From assembly GCA_963792215.1 (NCBI GenBank), contig CAWBVL010000007.1:325044-389043 (forward strand): a stretch of 64,000 nt of DNA, written 5' to 3'. The notes under the pieces are model-generated. The model made no database searches, had not been told where the DNA came from, and saw only the letters and a list, made by a program, of their open reading frames with translations. Numbering within the stretch: position 1 is the stretch's first letter; each line of letters starts with the position of its first letter. Position numbers and translations under genes: made by a program. Below are positions 38,014 to 48,690 of the stretch, piece after piece. The stretch is from an uncultured Actinomycetes bacterium. GTDB lineage: Bacteria; Actinomycetota; UBA4738; HRBIN12.

Positions 38014-38617
38014 GCTTCGGGTCGCTTTGACGCTGGACGCCGAACACCCCGACCGCCGCTGGTGTCCGCCGGGCAACGCCGACGCGGTCCTCGACACGCT
38101 CAGCGAACGCGACGTCACGGCGACGTTCTTCGTCCAGGGCCGCTGGGCCGAGGCGTATCCCGAGACGGCGGCGCGTATCCCCGCCGCCCGCCACCTCGTC
38201 GGACACCACTCGCACTACCACGCGCGCATGCCGCTGCTGCTCGGCGGCGGCTTCGACGACGACCTGAACGACGGCGCCGCGGCGATCGAGGCCGCGACCG
38301 GCGTCGATCCGCACCCCTGGTTCCGGTGCCCGTTCGGTGCCGGCGCCGACGATCCGCGCGTGATCGCCGAGATCGAACGCCTCGGCTACCGCAACGTCGG
38401 CTGGCACGTCGCGCTCGAGGACTGGGAGCCGTGGCGGACCGGCGAGGCGATCGCCACCGACGCGATCGCCGCCGTCCAGGCCCATGGCGACGGGACCGTC
38501 GTGCTGCTCCACACCTGGCCGGGAGGCACCGCTGAGGGCCTGCCGCAGATGATCGACGGGCTCCGCGAGCTCGGCGCCACGTTCGTGACGATCGACGCGC
38601 TCGAGGAGGTGCCGTGA
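38006..38617 (+). CDS. Polysaccharide/chitooligosaccharide deacetylase (CE4, NodB homology)
   Basis: LTLDAE...TFFVQG...GHHSHYH motifs. Confidence 0.75.
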   Translation: MSELRVALTLDAEHPDRRWCPPGNADAVLDTLSERDVTATFFVQGRWAEAYPETAARIPAARHLVGHHSHYHARMPLLLGGGFDDDLNDGAAAIEAATGVDPHPWFRCPFGAGADDPRVIAEIERLGYRNVGWHVALEDWEPWRTGEAIATDAIAAVQAHGDGTVVLLHTWPGGTAEGLPQMIDGLRELGATFVTIDALEEVP

Positions 38618-39653
38618 GGCGAGCGGCCCTGCTGGCCGTCGACGGCGGCGGGTCGAAGACCGACGTGGCCCTGCTCACGCGCGACGGTACCGTCCTCGGC
38701 GCCGCCAGGGTCTCCGGACAGGTCGACGGCTTCACCTGGGCGACGTGGGGACACATCGAGGACGAGCAGCTCATGCGGGTGCACGCCGCGATCGACAAGG
38801 CAGCCGAGCGCGCCGGGCTCGACCCGGAGGCCGGCCCCGTCGCGGAGGTGGGCTGCTTCTGCCTCGCCGGCGCCGATCTTCCGGCCGACGACCGCCGCCT
38901 CCTGCGATGGATGCGCTCGAACAACTGGGTCGACGAGCCGATCCTGCGCAACGACACGTTCGCCGTGCTCCGCGCGGGAACGGACCGGGCCTGGGGGGTG
39001 GCGGTGGTCTGCGGCTTCGGGACGAACTGCGCCGGGGTGTCACCCGACGGCCGGGTCGCGCGCTTCCCGGCGATCGGCCCGATCTCCGGCGACTGGGGCG
39101 GCGCGAACGAGCTGGGCGCACTTGCAGCGTGGCATGCGTTCCGCTCGCAGGACGGCCGGGGTCCGAAGACGGCGTTCCAGCGCTCCGTGCCCGCTTACTT
39201 CGGGCTCCGCACGCCGCGGCAGCTGATGGAGGCGGTCTACTTCGACCGGATCCCCGAGGTGCGGCTCGCGGAGCTGGCGCCGGTGGTGTTCGCCGAGGCG
39301 AAACAGGGCGACGCCGTCGCACGCGCCCTGCTGGACCGGCAGGCCGACGAGATCGTCCTGATGGCGACCACCGCGATGCGTCGGCTCCACATGCGCGACC
39401 TCGACGTGGAGGTCGTGCTCGGCGGCGGCATCTTCCGCAGCCGCGACGCACGGTTCTTCGCGCGGATCCGCGAGGGGCTCGTCGCGTTCGCGCCGAAGGC
39501 AACCGTCCACCGCTTGACCGACCCGCCGATCATCGGCGCAGCCCTGATCGGCCTCGATGCCTTGCACGCGACCAAGGCTGCGCATGCAGCCGCACGAGCG
39601 AGCTTGACCCACGGTCGATTGACCCGGCACACTCGCGCCCGGAGGGAGGCCTG

Positions 39654-39654
<1 letters not shown>
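38614..39654 (+). CDS. BadF/BadG/BcrA/BcrD-type ATPase (second GlcNAc-kinase-like gene)
   Basis: LLAVDGGGSKTD motif. Paralogous in type to 24654..25658. Confidence 0.75.
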
Positions 39655-40819
<1,165 letters not shown>

Positions 40820-40823
<4 letters not shown>

Positions 40824-41959
40824 CTCGTCGCGTCCGCGGGGTCCGCGAGCTGGGGATCGGCCGCCGCGATGTCGGTGGGCAACCAACACTCGACCGTGGT
40901 GCCCTGCCCAGGCTTGCTCAACACACGGACCCAGCCGCCGGCAAGCTCCGCACGTTCGACCATCGTCGTGAGGCCGAGGTGGCCGGGCTCGGGCCCCGAG
41001 GTCAGATCGGGCGTGAACCCAGCGCCGTCGTCGATCACGCGGACGATGGCGCCGTCCGCGGCGCTCACCGCCTCGACCCGCACGGTCGCCGCCTCCGCGT
41101 GCTTGCGGATGTTGACGATGGCTTCTTGGGCGATGCGATAGAGCAGCGCGGCCATGTCGGGGTCCGGTTCGTCGTGGAGCTCATCGAGCATCTCGACGTG
41201 CCATCCCGCGGCCTTCGCGGAGTGCTCGGCGTAGAGCCGAAGCGCCGGCACCAACCCGTCACGGTCCAGGGCGGTCGGCCGCAGTTCGAACAACAGCGAC
41301 CGCAGCCGTTCGATCGCCTCGGCGACCTCCTGCTCGACATCGGTGATCGACTCCACCGTGATCGACTCGGGGAACCCGGCGAGCATCTGCAGCCGCATGT
41401 CGACCGCGCTCATCACCTGGATCGGGTCGTCGTGGATGTCGGCGGCGATCTGCCGGCGCTCGGCCTCCTGCGCATGCTGCAGCCGCTGGGCGAGCTCGCG
41501 GCGTTGCTGCAACGTGCGACGCAGCACCTCGAGGCTCCAGCGGAGCTTGTCCTCCGCCTCCCGCCGGTCGGTGATGTCGAGCATCACCCCGCGCCAGAAC
41601 AGGATCGAGCCGTCCTCCGCCAGGACCGGCCACGCTTCATCGTGGATCCAGAGCGTGCGGCCGTCCTTCGTCCGGATCCGATACTCGTCGAGGTACTGGC
41701 TCGCGGTGGAGTTCGAGAGCCGGTGCGTCTCGAGCGCACGGTCGACATCGTCGGGATGCAGCTGCTTGGCCCAGAGCTCAGGATCGGCGCGCCACTCCTC
41801 AACCGTGAACCCGAGGATCGGCTCGACCTGCGGGCTCGTGTAGAGGTTCGTCGAGGGCTCGTCGGGCCGATCGATGTACAGCACCGCGGGCACGCCCTCG
41901 ACCAGCGTGCGATACGCCTCCGGATGCAGGTCGTCGAGCCAGTGATCGCGCGCCGTCAC
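40820..41959 (-). CDS. Cytoplasmic PAS sensor histidine kinase (HisKA_3 / NarL-partner type)
   Basis: PAS block, H-box ERRQIAADIHDDPIQ, HATPase N and G boxes (EAIVNIRKHA, DDGAGF). GTG at 41959 overlaps the M20 stop. I rejected the upstream 340 aa of the ORF. Confidence 0.75.
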
Positions 41960-43110
41960 GGCAACCCGATCAACCCGGCGAGCACCGCGATCCGCGGCAC
42001 GATCGACTCGACGTCGATCCACTCCCCGGGCGCGTGGTCGTCGCCGCCGACCGGCCCGAGCGCGTCGAGCACCGGCGTCCCCGCCGCGGCGATCGTGTTG
42101 GCGTCGGACGCGCCGCCGGTGGCGGCGTCGTGCATCTCGACCCCGAGCGCTGCGGCAAGCTCGCCCGCTCGCGCGGCGAGCGCCGCGATCGCGTCGGTTC
42201 GTTCCATCGGCCGATGCCAGCTCGCGCGCTCGACCTCGACCGTGACGTCGGGTACGGACGGCGCAGCGCAGATCCGCTCGATCTCGCGCTCGGCCTCCTC
42301 GAGCGTGTCGGTCACCGGCGAGCGGAGATCGAGCTCCAGCACGCATCGCTCGGGCACGACGTTCGTACGGGTACCGCCTTGGATCGTGCCCACGTTGAGC
42401 GTCACGCCGGTCCAGCGCCCGTTGAGCGCGTGCAGGCGAGCGGTCAGGTCCGCCGCGGCGACGATCGCACTCCGGCCCCGCTCCGGCTCCACGCCCGCGT
42501 GCGCGGCCCGCCCGTGCACGGTCAACGTGTAGTCGGTGATCCCGTTGCGGGACGACACGATGTCGCCGTTCTCGCGGCCGCCCTCGAGCACGAACGCCAC
42601 ATCGTGCTCGACGGCCAGCTCGCGGATCACCGACCCCGAGAAGGGCGAACCGATCTCCTCGTCCGGGTTGCAGACGTACGTGATGTGCCCGAACGTGTCG
42701 ATCCCCGCGTCGCGGAGCGCCTGCACCGCGAACATGCCGGTTAACAACCCGCTCTTCATGTCCGACACGCCGGGACCTTTCGCGATCGATCCTTCGATCG
42801 CGAACGGCCGTTCTCGAACGGTCCCCGGGTCGAAGACCGTGTCGGTGTGTCCGACCAGCAGGATCCGTCGCCCGCCCGAACCCTCGGTACGCGCGATCAG
42901 GAGGTCGCCGAGACGCTGGTCGCCGTCGTGCGCGGGCCGCCGGTCGACGGTCCATCCCCACTCGCGGAATCGGCGCTCGCATCGGTCGACGACCTCGTTG
43001 ACGCCGTCGGGCGTGTAGGAGCCGGAATCGACGTTCACCATGGCTTCGAGCTCGGCGAGGAACTCGTCCCTGCGCGGCACGACCAGGTCGCGGAGGCCCA
43101 CGACGTCCAT
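41956..43110 (-). CDS. M20-family metallopeptidase (carboxypeptidase G2 / ArgE-like)
   Basis: LLVGHTDTV, SDMKSG, NPDEEIGS metal-site motifs. Confidence 0.8.
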   Translation of the reverse strand: MDVVGLRDLVVPRRDEFLAELEAMVNVDSGSYTPDGVNEVVDRCERRFREWGWTVDRRPAHDGDQRLGDLLIARTEGSGGRRILLVGHTDTVFDPGTVRERPFAIEGSIAKGPGVSDMKSGLLTGMFAVQALRDAGIDTFGHITYVCNPDEEIGSPFSGSVIRELAVEHDVAFVLEGGRENGDIVSSRNGITDYTLTVHGRAAHAGVEPERGRSAIVAAADLTARLHALNGRWTGVTLNVGTIQGGTRTNVVPERCVLELDLRSPVTDTLEEAEREIERICAAPSVPDVTVEVERASWHRPMERTDAIAALAARAGELAAALGVEMHDAATGGASDANTIAAAGTPVLDALGPVGGDDHAPGEWIDVESIVPRIAVLAGLIGLP

Positions 43111-43187
43111 CGGCCGGACGCTAGCATGCGCGTCGGCTGCGAACCACGGTCGCACGGCCCAACACCGACGGACGAGGACGACGAACG

Positions 43188-44321
43188 ATGCGAGATGCGC
43201 GCGGCGTGGTGATCGGCGGACGCGGCGCGCCCGCGCGGATCCAACCGATCACGCTCGATGAGCCCGAAGGCGGCGAGGTGCTCGTGCGGATCGTCGCGAA
43301 CGGTGTGTGCCACTCCGACCTGTGGGCGATCCAGAACGGGAACTGGGGATCGCCGTTCCCGATGCTGCTCGGACACGAGGGCGCCGGCGTCGTCGAGGCC
43401 GTCGGTCCCGACGTCGCGCACGTCGCGCCCGGCGACCGCGTGCTGCTCGTGTGGGCGATGCCCTGCGGCACGTGCGCCGCGTGCGTGCGCGGCCGGCCCC
43501 GTCGCTGCGCGCATGTGTGGGACCAGCCCGCGCGGATCCACGCGCAGGACGGGAGCCGGCTGATCGGCACGCTCTCAGTGGGCTCGATGGCGACGCACAC
43601 CGTCGTGCACGGCGCGCAGACGGTGCGGATCCCCGACCGCGTCGACCTGGTCGAAGCCTGCCTGCTCGGCTGCGGCGCGTCGACCGGCATCGGCGCCGCC
43701 GTGAACACCGCCGGAGTCACCGCGGGCGACACGGTGGCGGTGATCGGGCTCGGCGGTATCGGCCTGTCGGCGTTGATCGGATCGGTCCTCGCCGGCGCGA
43801 CGCGGATCATCGCTGTCGATCGCATCGCGGCCAAGCTCGACACCGCGCTCGCCCTCGGCGCGACCGACGTGATCGATGCCGGTGTCGACGACGCGGTCAC
43901 GGCCGTTCGCTCCCTCACCGACACCGGCGTCGACGTCGCGTTCGAGGCGACGGGCAACGCCGCGGTCGTTGCGCAGGCGACCGGGATGCTCACCCGCGGC
44001 GGCACCGCGGTCGCGATCGGCGTCCCCGCGCCGGACAGCACGGTCATGATCCCGTGGGGCGAGGCCTCCGTCGGCGCCGCCTACCCGAACAAGGCGACGC
44101 TCAAGATCACCGACGGCGGCGACCCCATCGCCGAGGACTTCGTCGGCTGGCTCGATGCCCTGGCCGACCGGCGGCTCGACCTACGGCCCCTCGTGAGCGT
44201 GGTCGCCCCGTTCACCGACGACGCCCTTGCCGACGCGTTCCGCGCGATGCTCGCGGGCGAGGTGATCCGGACGGTCATCGCGATCGACCAACCGCCCCCG
44301 GCCGAGGGCGGCGGAGCGTAG
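43188..44321 (+). CDS. Zinc-dependent alcohol dehydrogenase family protein
   Basis: GVCHSDL, GHEGAGVV, CGTCAACVRG zinc motifs and GLGGIGLS Rossmann. Confidence 0.8.
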   Translation: MRDARGVVIGGRGAPARIQPITLDEPEGGEVLVRIVANGVCHSDLWAIQNGNWGSPFPMLLGHEGAGVVEAVGPDVAHVAPGDRVLLVWAMPCGTCAACVRGRPRRCAHVWDQPARIHAQDGSRLIGTLSVGSMATHTVVHGAQTVRIPDRVDLVEACLLGCGASTGIGAAVNTAGVTAGDTVAVIGLGGIGLSALIGSVLAGATRIIAVDRIAAKLDTALALGATDVIDAGVDDAVTAVRSLTDTGVDVAFEATGNAAVVAQATGMLTRGGTAVAIGVPAPDSTVMIPWGEASVGAAYPNKATLKITDGGDPIAEDFVGWLDALADRRLDLRPLVSVVAPFTDDALADAFRAMLAGEVIRTVIAIDQPPPAEGGGA

Positions 44322-44330
44322 CATCGCCCC

Positions 44331-44996
44331 GTGGCCTCCGGCGAGCTCAACCCGTGGTGGCGGTACGGGATCCGCGTTGCCTCACCGCTGCTCCGAGTGC
44401 TGTTCCGCGTGCGCGTGACCGGCCTCGAGCACGTCCCGGCGCGCGGGACGACGCTCCTCGCCTTCAACCATGTGAGCCCCTTGGACGGCCCCGCATTCGC
44501 GATCGCGTTCACCGGTCGCACCAAACGACCCGTGCGCTTCCTCGTCGCGGCCGAATTCTTCCGCCGGCGTTTCCACGGGTGGGTGCTGCGCACGTTCGAG
44601 CAGATCCCGATCCGTCGCGGAGAGGGTGACGGCGCCGCCCTGGACGCCGCGCTCGACGCGTTGCACGAGGGTTCGGTGATCGCGATCGCGCCCGAGGGCG
44701 CCGTGAACGCCGACCCGGAGCATCTCCAACGGATCCGGAGCGGCATCGCGCGGCTGGCGCTCCCGACCGGTGCGCCGATCGTCCCGGTGGGCATCTGGGG
44801 AACGCAGGCGCGATGGCCACGAGGCGGCATCCGCTGGTCACGCCCGTGGCGGCCGACCTTCGTGATCGCGTTCGGGCCGCCGATCCTTCCCGAGGGCGAC
44901 GTCACGTCGGAGGAGGACATCGACATGCTCCGCGACCGGGTGCGTGACCGGCTCGAGGATCAAGTCGCGATCGCGCGATCTCGCGCCTCGCGATGA
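44331..44996 (+). CDS. 1-acyl-sn-glycerol-3-phosphate acyltransferase family
   Basis: HX4D motif FNHVSPLDG and the IAPEG block. Confidence 0.8.
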   Translation: MASGELNPWWRYGIRVASPLLRVLFRVRVTGLEHVPARGTTLLAFNHVSPLDGPAFAIAFTGRTKRPVRFLVAAEFFRRRFHGWVLRTFEQIPIRRGEGDGAALDAALDALHEGSVIAIAPEGAVNADPEHLQRIRSGIARLALPTGAPIVPVGIWGTQARWPRGGIRWSRPWRPTFVIAFGPPILPEGDVTSEEDIDMLRDRVRDRLEDQVAIARSRASR

Positions 44997-45164
44997 CCGA
45001 CGGCGATCGATTTCGCCGCAACCGCTGTTCCCGCTGTCCCCGGCGACGTTCTTCGAGGGCCTACGAGACGTTCGTCCTCGCGTTCGTGCTGGCGCTCATC
45101 CTGTAGGTGTGCTCATACTGGTTCGGCGATCGGCAACTGCAAGCGGATAACCGGCCGGGAACGA

Positions 45165-45194
45165 GGAAGGGCCGGCGCGATGGCCGGCCCTTCC
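45165..45194. terminator. GC-rich 12-bp hairpin in the plsC/anti-sigma convergent spacer
   Basis: GGAAGGGCCGGC-GCGATG-GCCGGCCCTTCC. No clear U-tract on either strand. Confidence 0.4.
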
Positions 45195-45338
45195 TATGAA
45201 GCCAGGTCCGTGGCGCGGGCGCGAGGGGTTGGAGACCAGCTCCCGTCGCCGAGGGGGATGGGGTATGTCCTGGCGTTGTACCCGTCCCATCGGGGGAACG
45301 GGGCCAGATGTACGCGGGATCTCGAAAAAGTTCGGGGA

Positions 45339-46112
45339 TCAGCCGTGGGAGCCCCGACCCTGACCGCCACCCTGGCCCTGCCCGTTGGAGCCGTGACCGC
45401 CGTCCGTGCCGTCGCCGCCGCCGGCGTGTTCGCCGCCACCCGTGGCGTGCGTACCCCGGTTGCCCGATCCCTGGCCGCCTCCCGATCCCTGGTCGCCCCC
45501 GGACCCGCCGGTCGAGCCATCGCTCTGCGTGTCTTGCCCCTGGGCGTTGTTCCCCTGGGTGTTGTTCCCGTGTCCGTTGTCGCCGTGGACATCGTTGCCC
45601 GTGCCGTGGTCGGTGTCGTTCGGCGAGTCGTGATGGAAGGAGTGCGTGCCGCCGTTGGCATCCGAGGACCCCGACGTCGGGCCGCCGGATCCGTCGTTCG
45701 ACGATGTCGACCCGCCGGTCGGCCCCGTTGTGCCACGGTGGTGCCCATCCGTGGATCCGGGCGAACGTCCGTGGTTGGCCCACCGCGGTCCCGAGAACCG
45801 TGGATGGGTGTGCGGGCCCTGGACGAGGTGGCCCCGCGCGACCGCCGGGGGATGGACGGCTTGTTGGCCGTCGTTCGCGCCGTGTCGGACCATCGCGAGC
45901 GCGCTCCCGCCGATCAAGATCGCGGCCGCAACCCCCAGGATGATCGCCCGGCGTGGGCGTGGGCGACGCCGCAACGGGACGACCGGCGCCACCGGCGGCT
46001 CGAGCTGCGCGACGAGCGCGGCCCAGCCGGCCTCGATGTCCGGCTCGGGCATCGTGGCGGTGAGTGACTCGAGCCGCTCGTGAACCGCTTGCGCGGCAAC
46101 ATCGCGCGTCAT
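45339..46112 (-). CDS. Putative anti-sigma factor with His/Gly/Asn/Asp-rich extracytoplasmic tail
   Basis: ATGA overlap with the sigma gene stop. Single TM AIILGVAAAILIGGSALAMV. About 150-aa low-complexity C-terminus. Confidence 0.6.
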   Translation of the reverse strand: MTRDVAAQAVHERLESLTATMPEPDIEAGWAALVAQLEPPVAPVVPLRRRPRPRRAIILGVAAAILIGGSALAMVRHGANDGQQAVHPPAVARGHLVQGPHTHPRFSGPRWANHGRSPGSTDGHHRGTTGPTGGSTSSNDGSGGPTSGSSDANGGTHSFHHDSPNDTDHGTGNDVHGDNGHGNNTQGNNAQGQDTQSDGSTGGSGGDQGSGGGQGSGNRGTHATGGGEHAGGGDGTDGGHGSNGQGQGGGQGRGSHG

Positions 46113-46696
46113 GCCCGCTCCTCCAGCACCTCTGCGAGCGACTTGAGCGCTCGCCATTGTTTCGCGTTGATCGCACCCGTCGAGGTGTCCATCGCGGCTG
46201 CGACCTCAGCGTTGGACATCCCGACCAGGTACTTGAGCTCGATCACCTGACGCTGCTCGGTCGGCAGCTGCTCGATCGCGTCGTGCAGCGTAAGCAGTTC
46301 CGCGGTCATCGGGTCCACCTCGATGTCGGGAAGCTCGGCGCGGGGCTCGATCCGGACCGACGCCCGCAAGACGTCGACCGCGACGTGCCGGGCGATCCCG
46401 TAGAGCCATGCGGCGAACGGCACCCCGGTGTCCCGGTAGGTCGCGAGCCCGCGCCATGCGCGTAGGAACACCTCGGAGACGGCGTCCTCGTCTTCACGCC
46501 CAAGCCGGAACCGCACGACGCGCGACACCGCCGTGGCGTGCTGGCGGTAGAGCGTTCCGAACGCATCCTGATCACCGTCCTTGGCCCGAGCGACCAAGGC
46601 ACGTTCGTGCTCCCGCCCGTCGGGCTCTCCCCTGTTCCCATCGGACGAGACAGCCGAGATGTTCGCGGCAGATGGCTGGAACGCGGAAACCTCCAT
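46109..46696 (-). CDS. ECF (sigma-70 group 4) RNA polymerase sigma factor
   Basis: Region 2 (DAFGTLYRQH...VFLRAWR) and region 4 HTH (VIELKYLVGMSNAEVAAAMDTSTGAINAKQWRAL). Confidence 0.8.
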   Translation of the reverse strand: MEVSAFQPSAANISAVSSDGNRGEPDGREHERALVARAKDGDQDAFGTLYRQHATAVSRVVRFRLGREDEDAVSEVFLRAWRGLATYRDTGVPFAAWLYGIARHVAVDVLRASVRIEPRAELPDIEVDPMTAELLTLHDAIEQLPTEQRQVIELKYLVGMSNAEVAAAMDTSTGAINAKQWRALKSLAEVLEERA

Positions 46697-46728
46697 CCCG
46701 CGTAGGTCATCGGCAGGACGCTATGTCC

Positions 46729-46752
46729 GACTGAAAGGGGGTTTGGCGTTCC
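46729..46752 (-). promoter_or_regulatory. Possible ECF-type promoter (GGAAC-N16-GTC)
   Basis: The minus strand reads GGAAC GCCAAACCCCCTTTCA GTC, about 33 nt upstream of the sigma ATG. This is a pattern match only. Confidence 0.25.
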
Positions 46753-46856
46753 GAGGGCGACGCGTGGGCATTCCGACGTCAGGGAGGCCCGTCGTCCCCA
46801 TCGTTCCGGTCCTCGACGCCGCCCGGCGCCTCGGCACGGGTATGCATCGCTTGCTC

Positions 46857-47041
46857 CTAAGGCGCCAGGTCGTGGTCGTCCTCCGTCGACTCGGCGACCA
46901 GCTCGTCCTCATCGTCCGGGACGTCGTGATCGACCAACCGGTCGGCATGGCGGCAGCATCCATCCCGGAGATCTGCCGCTCGAGGACATCCTCGGCGTAG
47001 TCGGCTTCCTCGGGATCGAGCCGGTCGTACGGATCGGGCAC
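46857..47041 (-). pseudogene. Small acidic protein gene that needs a +1 frame change near 46935 (frameshift or assembly error)
   Basis: The acidic N-part MPDPYDRLDPEEADYAEDVLERQISGMDAAAMPTG continues sensibly only in the other frame as LVDHDVPDDEDELVAESTEDDHDLAP. Both alternative continuations are Arg/Thr-rich nonsense. Confidence 0.4.
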
Positions 47042-47170
47042 CGTCGCTTGGTCGGACGGGCATTACCCGCAACGGATGGGCACCCTCCGTGTTTCCGCGC
47101 CCACGAAGCGGGCATCTCCGCTCTGCAGAGCGCCCGCGCACAGGCGACGCCCAGCGAGGAGGAGAACGAC

Positions 47171-47467
47171 ATGAACACCACCGGAGCCAACACGGTGAAC
47201 CTGGATGCCGTCCGGCTCGAGATCCGCAAGATCAAGGAGACGGCCGAGCGGATGGCTAACGGCGACTATCCGGACGAGGCAGACCAGCTGCGCTCGGTCG
47301 CGGGGCTGGTACACCACCTCGCCGAGCAGACCGAGCGGCTGGTGCCGCTGATGCCCACGCCGCTCATCTCGGCGCCCGAAGACGCGCACGACAAAGAGGT
47401 CGCCCTCGAAGAGGACCGCTCACCCGAACGGGGACCGGCGGCGCCTCTCGATGACCCCACACGGTGA
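47171..47467 (+). CDS. Small hypothetical protein
   Basis: ATG follows GAGGAGGAG. Good G/C third-position bias. No recognisable motif. Confidence 0.5.
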   Translation: MNTTGANTVNLDAVRLEIRKIKETAERMANGDYPDEADQLRSVAGLVHHLAEQTERLVPLMPTPLISAPEDAHDKEVALEEDRSPERGPAAPLDDPTR

Positions 47468-47506
47468 ATCCCCGGGAGATCCTCATCTCAGAAGGCGGGG
47501 CATGAA

Positions 47507-47533
47507 GAAGGGCGGCCCTTCGGGCCGCCCTTC
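47507..47533. terminator. Bidirectional intrinsic terminator hairpin between convergent genes
   Basis: GAAGGGCGGCCC-TTC-GGGCCGCCCTTC, a perfect 12-bp stem. Confidence 0.6.
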
Positions 47534-47556
47534 CGATGCTTCGGGTGTCGCCGGGC

Positions 47557-48492
47557 TTAGTTGCCCAGCGCCACCGCGTTGATCAGGTTCGAGTCACGGA
47601 GCTTCCGCAGCGCCTCACGCTCGATCAGGCGAACGCGCTCGCCGGACAGGCCGAGCACCTTCCCCGTCTCACGCAGGCTGAGCGGCTGCCCGTTCTCGAG
47701 CCCATAGCGCAGGGCCACGACGTGGCGCTCGCGGTCGTCGAGCACCTGGTCGACCGCGCCGCCGATCTCCTCACGGAGCAACTGGTCCTCGACCTCGTTG
47801 AACCCAGCGTCGGAGTCGATCTCCTCGATCAGGTCGCCGAGCTCGGTGTCCTCGCCCACGGGCGACTGCAAGGACAGCGGCTCGCGGCGGCCCATCTCGG
47901 TGAGGTCGTCGATCTCGTCGACCGTGGTGTCGAGGGCCTTGGCCAGCTCCTCGCGGGTGGGCTCACGGCCCACGGACTGCGCGAACTGGAACCGGGTGCG
48001 GTTCAGCTTGCGCAGGCGGTCGTGGATGTGCACCGGCAGACGGATCGAGCGCGAGCGATCGGCGATCGCGCGCGTGATCCCCTGACGGATCCACCATGTC
48101 GCGTACGTGGAGAACTTGAACCCGCGGCGCCAGTCAAACAGCTCGACTGCGCGCATCAAGCCGATGTTGCCCTCTTGGATCAGGTCCAGGAGCGGGAGGC
48201 CCTGGCCCTGGTACTTGCGGGCAACGGACACGACCAGCCGGAGGTTCGCCATGATGAACCGCTGGCGGGCTGCCTCGGCCTTGCGCACCTCGGCGCGGGC
48301 CTTGGCGATGGATTTCTCTGAACGCAGACGGCCGGCGCGGAGACGCTCTTCGCCTTCCTTGCCGCCCTCGATGGTCATGGCAAGCTCAACCTCTTCCTCC
48401 TTGGTCAGCAGCGGCTCACGAGCCGCGGCCTCCAGGTAGAGGCGAAGGTCATCTGCGTCGTCGGTCCCTAGGGGACGAGCCGGATCCGGCAC
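47557..48492 (-). CDS. RpoD-like (group 1/2) sigma-70 factor
   Basis: Regions 1.2-4.2: [35 protein letters not shown], and the [29 protein letters not shown]. Confidence 0.9.
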   Translation of the reverse strand: MPDPARPLGTDDADDLRLYLEAAAREPLLTKEEEVELAMTIEGGKEGEERLRAGRLRSEKSIAKARAEVRKAEAARQRFIMANLRLVVSVARKYQGQGLPLLDLIQEGNIGLMRAVELFDWRRGFKFSTYATWWIRQGITRAIADRSRSIRLPVHIHDRLRKLNRTRFQFAQSVGREPTREELAKALDTTVDEIDDLTEMGRREPLSLQSPVGEDTELGDLIEEIDSDAGFNEVEDQLLREEIGGAVDQVLDDRERHVVALRYGLENGQPLSLRETGKVLGLSGERVRLIEREALRKLRDSNLINAVALGN

Positions 48493-48690
48493 TTCGTATC
48501 AGCCTCCTCCTCGAAGCCGCTCCGCTGCAGCGCGCAGCGTCGCCAGTCTTCGGGAACTCGGGGTGGTCCCTAGATTCGTCACGAACCGGGCGGAGGTTCG
48601 CGGATCTCCGTGCGCAAACGCACCCGCGGTTCGAAAGCCATGGTAGGGGGAGGGGTCGAAAAAGTAAAGCTCAGAGGGTATGGAGGTCTT

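Noticed and set aside
41960-42982. The upstream 341 aa of the 720-aa ORF containing the histidine kinase.
   Set aside because: It is Arg/Asp/Gly-rich and lies in an alternate frame over the M20 peptidase gene. The PAS/HisKA_3/HATPase domains all lie after GTG 41959.
48493-48690. A possible riboswitch or ncRNA in the divergent sigma-factor / hydrolase spacer.
   Set aside because: I found no convincing conserved-looking stem architecture. The region is adequately explained by two promoters, 5' UTRs and ribosome-binding sites.
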